DNA from: Lama guanicoe
Lineage: Eukaryota
NCBI GenBank assembly: GCA_013239625.1
Contig: MU053482.1
Location: forward strand, 1,773,168-1,837,167
Direction of reading: 5' to 3'
DNA length: 64,000 nucleotides
The translations under genes were made by a program, and so were the position numbers. Of this stretch, positions 61,771 to 64,000 are shown one piece after another. The notes beneath the pieces were generated by a model. The model saw only the letters and a program-made list of their open reading frames with translations, was not told where the DNA came from and made no database searches. How positions within the stretch are numbered: the first letter of the stretch is position 1; each line of letters begins with the position of its first letter.

Positions 61771-64000
61771 ATTCCTGGCGTAGTCCTCTCTTGGGCACAT
61801 ACCTACCAGGAAAACTCACTCTAGCAGCACCACGAAGCTAAGCCTGAGGATGGACGGATGTCCTGGGTGCCTCAGTGTCCTTCAACTTCAGGCAGGACGG
61901 GCAGGCAGCATAGGCTACATGCCACATGCACCTCTGGGGCTTCTCCAGTCCATGAAGGCACAGGCCAGGTTAGCCCTATCAGCACCTGCCAGGAGGACCT
62001 ACATCTGAGAATAGAATCATGTGCCCTGGGCTGTCAATAGGGCCCAGGAGTGGGAAGCCCAGGCACATGGCCCTGGTCCAGCTGACGTTCCTCTTCAGCA
62101 GAGACTTCTACCATCCAACCTTACCATGCCTTGGGGACAGAGCAGAGGGAATGGAAGGTGGCCATGGAATGCAGAAAGATGCTGAGGCTCTGGGCTCTAA
62201 CTCCCTATGTAACTGTGGGCAACTCTCTTGGCTGCTTTGAGCCTCCTCTGTGCCTTTATAAATGGATGGCCTTGCAAAGTGTGAATCTGGAGCTTCTTCC
62301 CACGATGCTACTCACCTTGGGGATCTGGACAGGTGAGTAGTGAGTACAGCCTGCTTCTTACACAGTGGTGATTGATGGCCATGGTGGATAAACTGGAAGA
62401 GAGAGGGTGAGGGCCCAATGCCTGACAGTGAACAAGGCACTAAATTGGGCAGAGAGTATTTCAGGTCATTCTGTAGCTGAACAGAGAGCACTGTCACTTC
62501 ACACATCCATGAGGCTTCCTGGTTTTCAAGTGCATATATGGACATTATCTCATTTAATCCTAATAATAATCCAGCCAGTTAGATGTGGTTGTTCTCACTG
62601 TAGGGATGAAAGGGTATTGAGGTAAAGCAACCACAATGTTGTGTGGGCACAAAACACAGAACTACAGTGGACATATTGGACCTGCATAACTTAGCTTGAT
62701 GGTAGAGAAGGCAGCCAGTCCAACAGTACCTGGCACACTGGGTACCCAGGCCCTTTTTCTACCTTTTTCCATAAGTCCTTTCAAACTTCTTAATACCCCA
62801 ACTCGGGGATTCCTGGGAGATCCTCTGGTCCCTGGAGATGGACCCAAACAACAGCCTTGGCCCCTTGGCTACCTAGGGGCATCTCTGGCCTATGTAGGAT
62901 GCAGCTCTGGAGGAGGCCTGCATTCGCTGAGACCACCAGCCTGGCTTGGGTCACTCCCCCATCGTCCTCCCAAGCTCTGTCTTCTGCTCAAAGAAGGCTC
63001 AGCCCATCCAGCCATGGCCACTTCCCAGTTTCAGCAGCCCAGCTGTGCTGAGGCCAAACCTCATGTCTCCTTCGACCACAGAGGGTCAGCCGCCAATGTT
63101 CACTGGCAATTATCCGTCGGCTCCAAGGGAGAGAGACCAAAATAGACCTCCTCTTGGTCCTTCCTCTCAAATGGGCCTGCTGAGCAGTTCCTTAAATGGA
63201 AGTGGGTGGGGCAGCCGCCCCATATGACTCTGGGACCTGGAGTTAGGTGGGAAACCAATTCTCAGGAGAGATGAGAAGCAGGCCCCAGTTCTAGGAAAAT
63301 GCACATTTCCATGTGCTAAAAGCATCATTGTGGGACATGTTTAGAGAGAGAGAGAGAGAAAGGCAGTTCCTGTGGCCACAGAGGCCAAGTGACTGGCCAC
63401 GCTAGTGCCGAGCCCCGGCACGCAAAGGGTGAAAGCTTTTAGGCATGCAGCGGCCAGTGATCTCAGCTTCCCCTAGTCCTAATGCTCCTGAAAGGCTCTC
63501 TCCCACTCCCTGTAATTGGGCATCAGTAGTTAATGCAGTATTGACTGCATTACACGCTCCCGTGCCTCCCCTTGCTAATGCCAATTGCATCACCTTGTAC
63601 AGTCACCGGCTTGCTTAGCCAATAGCTGTTAAAAGCAATCCAAATCATGAATCATATGGGAAACTTTTAGCAAGACACTGCCATCCAAGGAGACAATTTA
63701 CAGTTGAGTTAATCTGGGTACATTAGTGAGACACGGATTCCGGACGACAGACCAATTTATGTTGTTTCCCTGTCTCCTCTTAGTGCTCCTCATGGGCAGA
63801 TGAATGGAAGAGCAGGGAACAGACAGAAGCACCTGCTTCTTTACCCCCAGCTCGGGGAGCGGGCGGGGTAGACCCATCTTGCCAGGCTTCCTGCCTGGCT
63901 AAGTTTGGGCAGGAAGGGGACATGGCTGTATGTGCTGCTCAGGTTTTGTGGCGCCTTGTTCCCCCGTGTGTACCAGGCCTGGGTCCCCACCCTGTCAGCC

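Larger units (their letters stand above)
37522..64000 (-). other. LMO1: LMO1 intron 1 (partial; exon 1 lies beyond the window)
   Basis: Exon 2 begins mid-codon, and I found no MMVLDKED-type first coding exon or promoter CpG island. Mammalian LMO1 is known to have a first intron of tens of kb. Confidence 0.8.

Overview
Mammalian genomic DNA, probably camelid (judged from a Vic-1-type tRNA-derived SINE). The only protein-coding gene I can support is LMO1 (LIM domain only 1, rhombotin-1) on the minus strand. Coding exons 2-4 are at 37308-37521, 34859-34984 and 33243-33348, with the 3' end near 32980. Exon 1 is not in the window, so about 37.5-64 kb is intron 1 and about 1-33 kb is 3' flank. The rest is old repeats (L1, MIR, L2, MaLR/ERVL/ERV1 LTRs, MER5A, MER63, MADE2) plus many motif-dense blocks that look like enhancers. 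One of these is the probable orthologue of the GATA site at the human neuroblastoma SNP rs2168101; another is a GATA/E-box cluster 13 kb downstream. The most unusual structure is at 23.9-26.1 kb: an ungapped 140-bp inverted repeat (132/140 identical) around a 796-bp spacer, nested inside a ~70-bp direct repeat. There is also a nested-palindrome hairpin at 19486-19546 and a perfect 15-bp inverted repeat at 31021-31162. Repeat family names and conservation were recognised by eye and need RepeatMasker/alignment confirmation. I see no evidence of a new protein-coding system.
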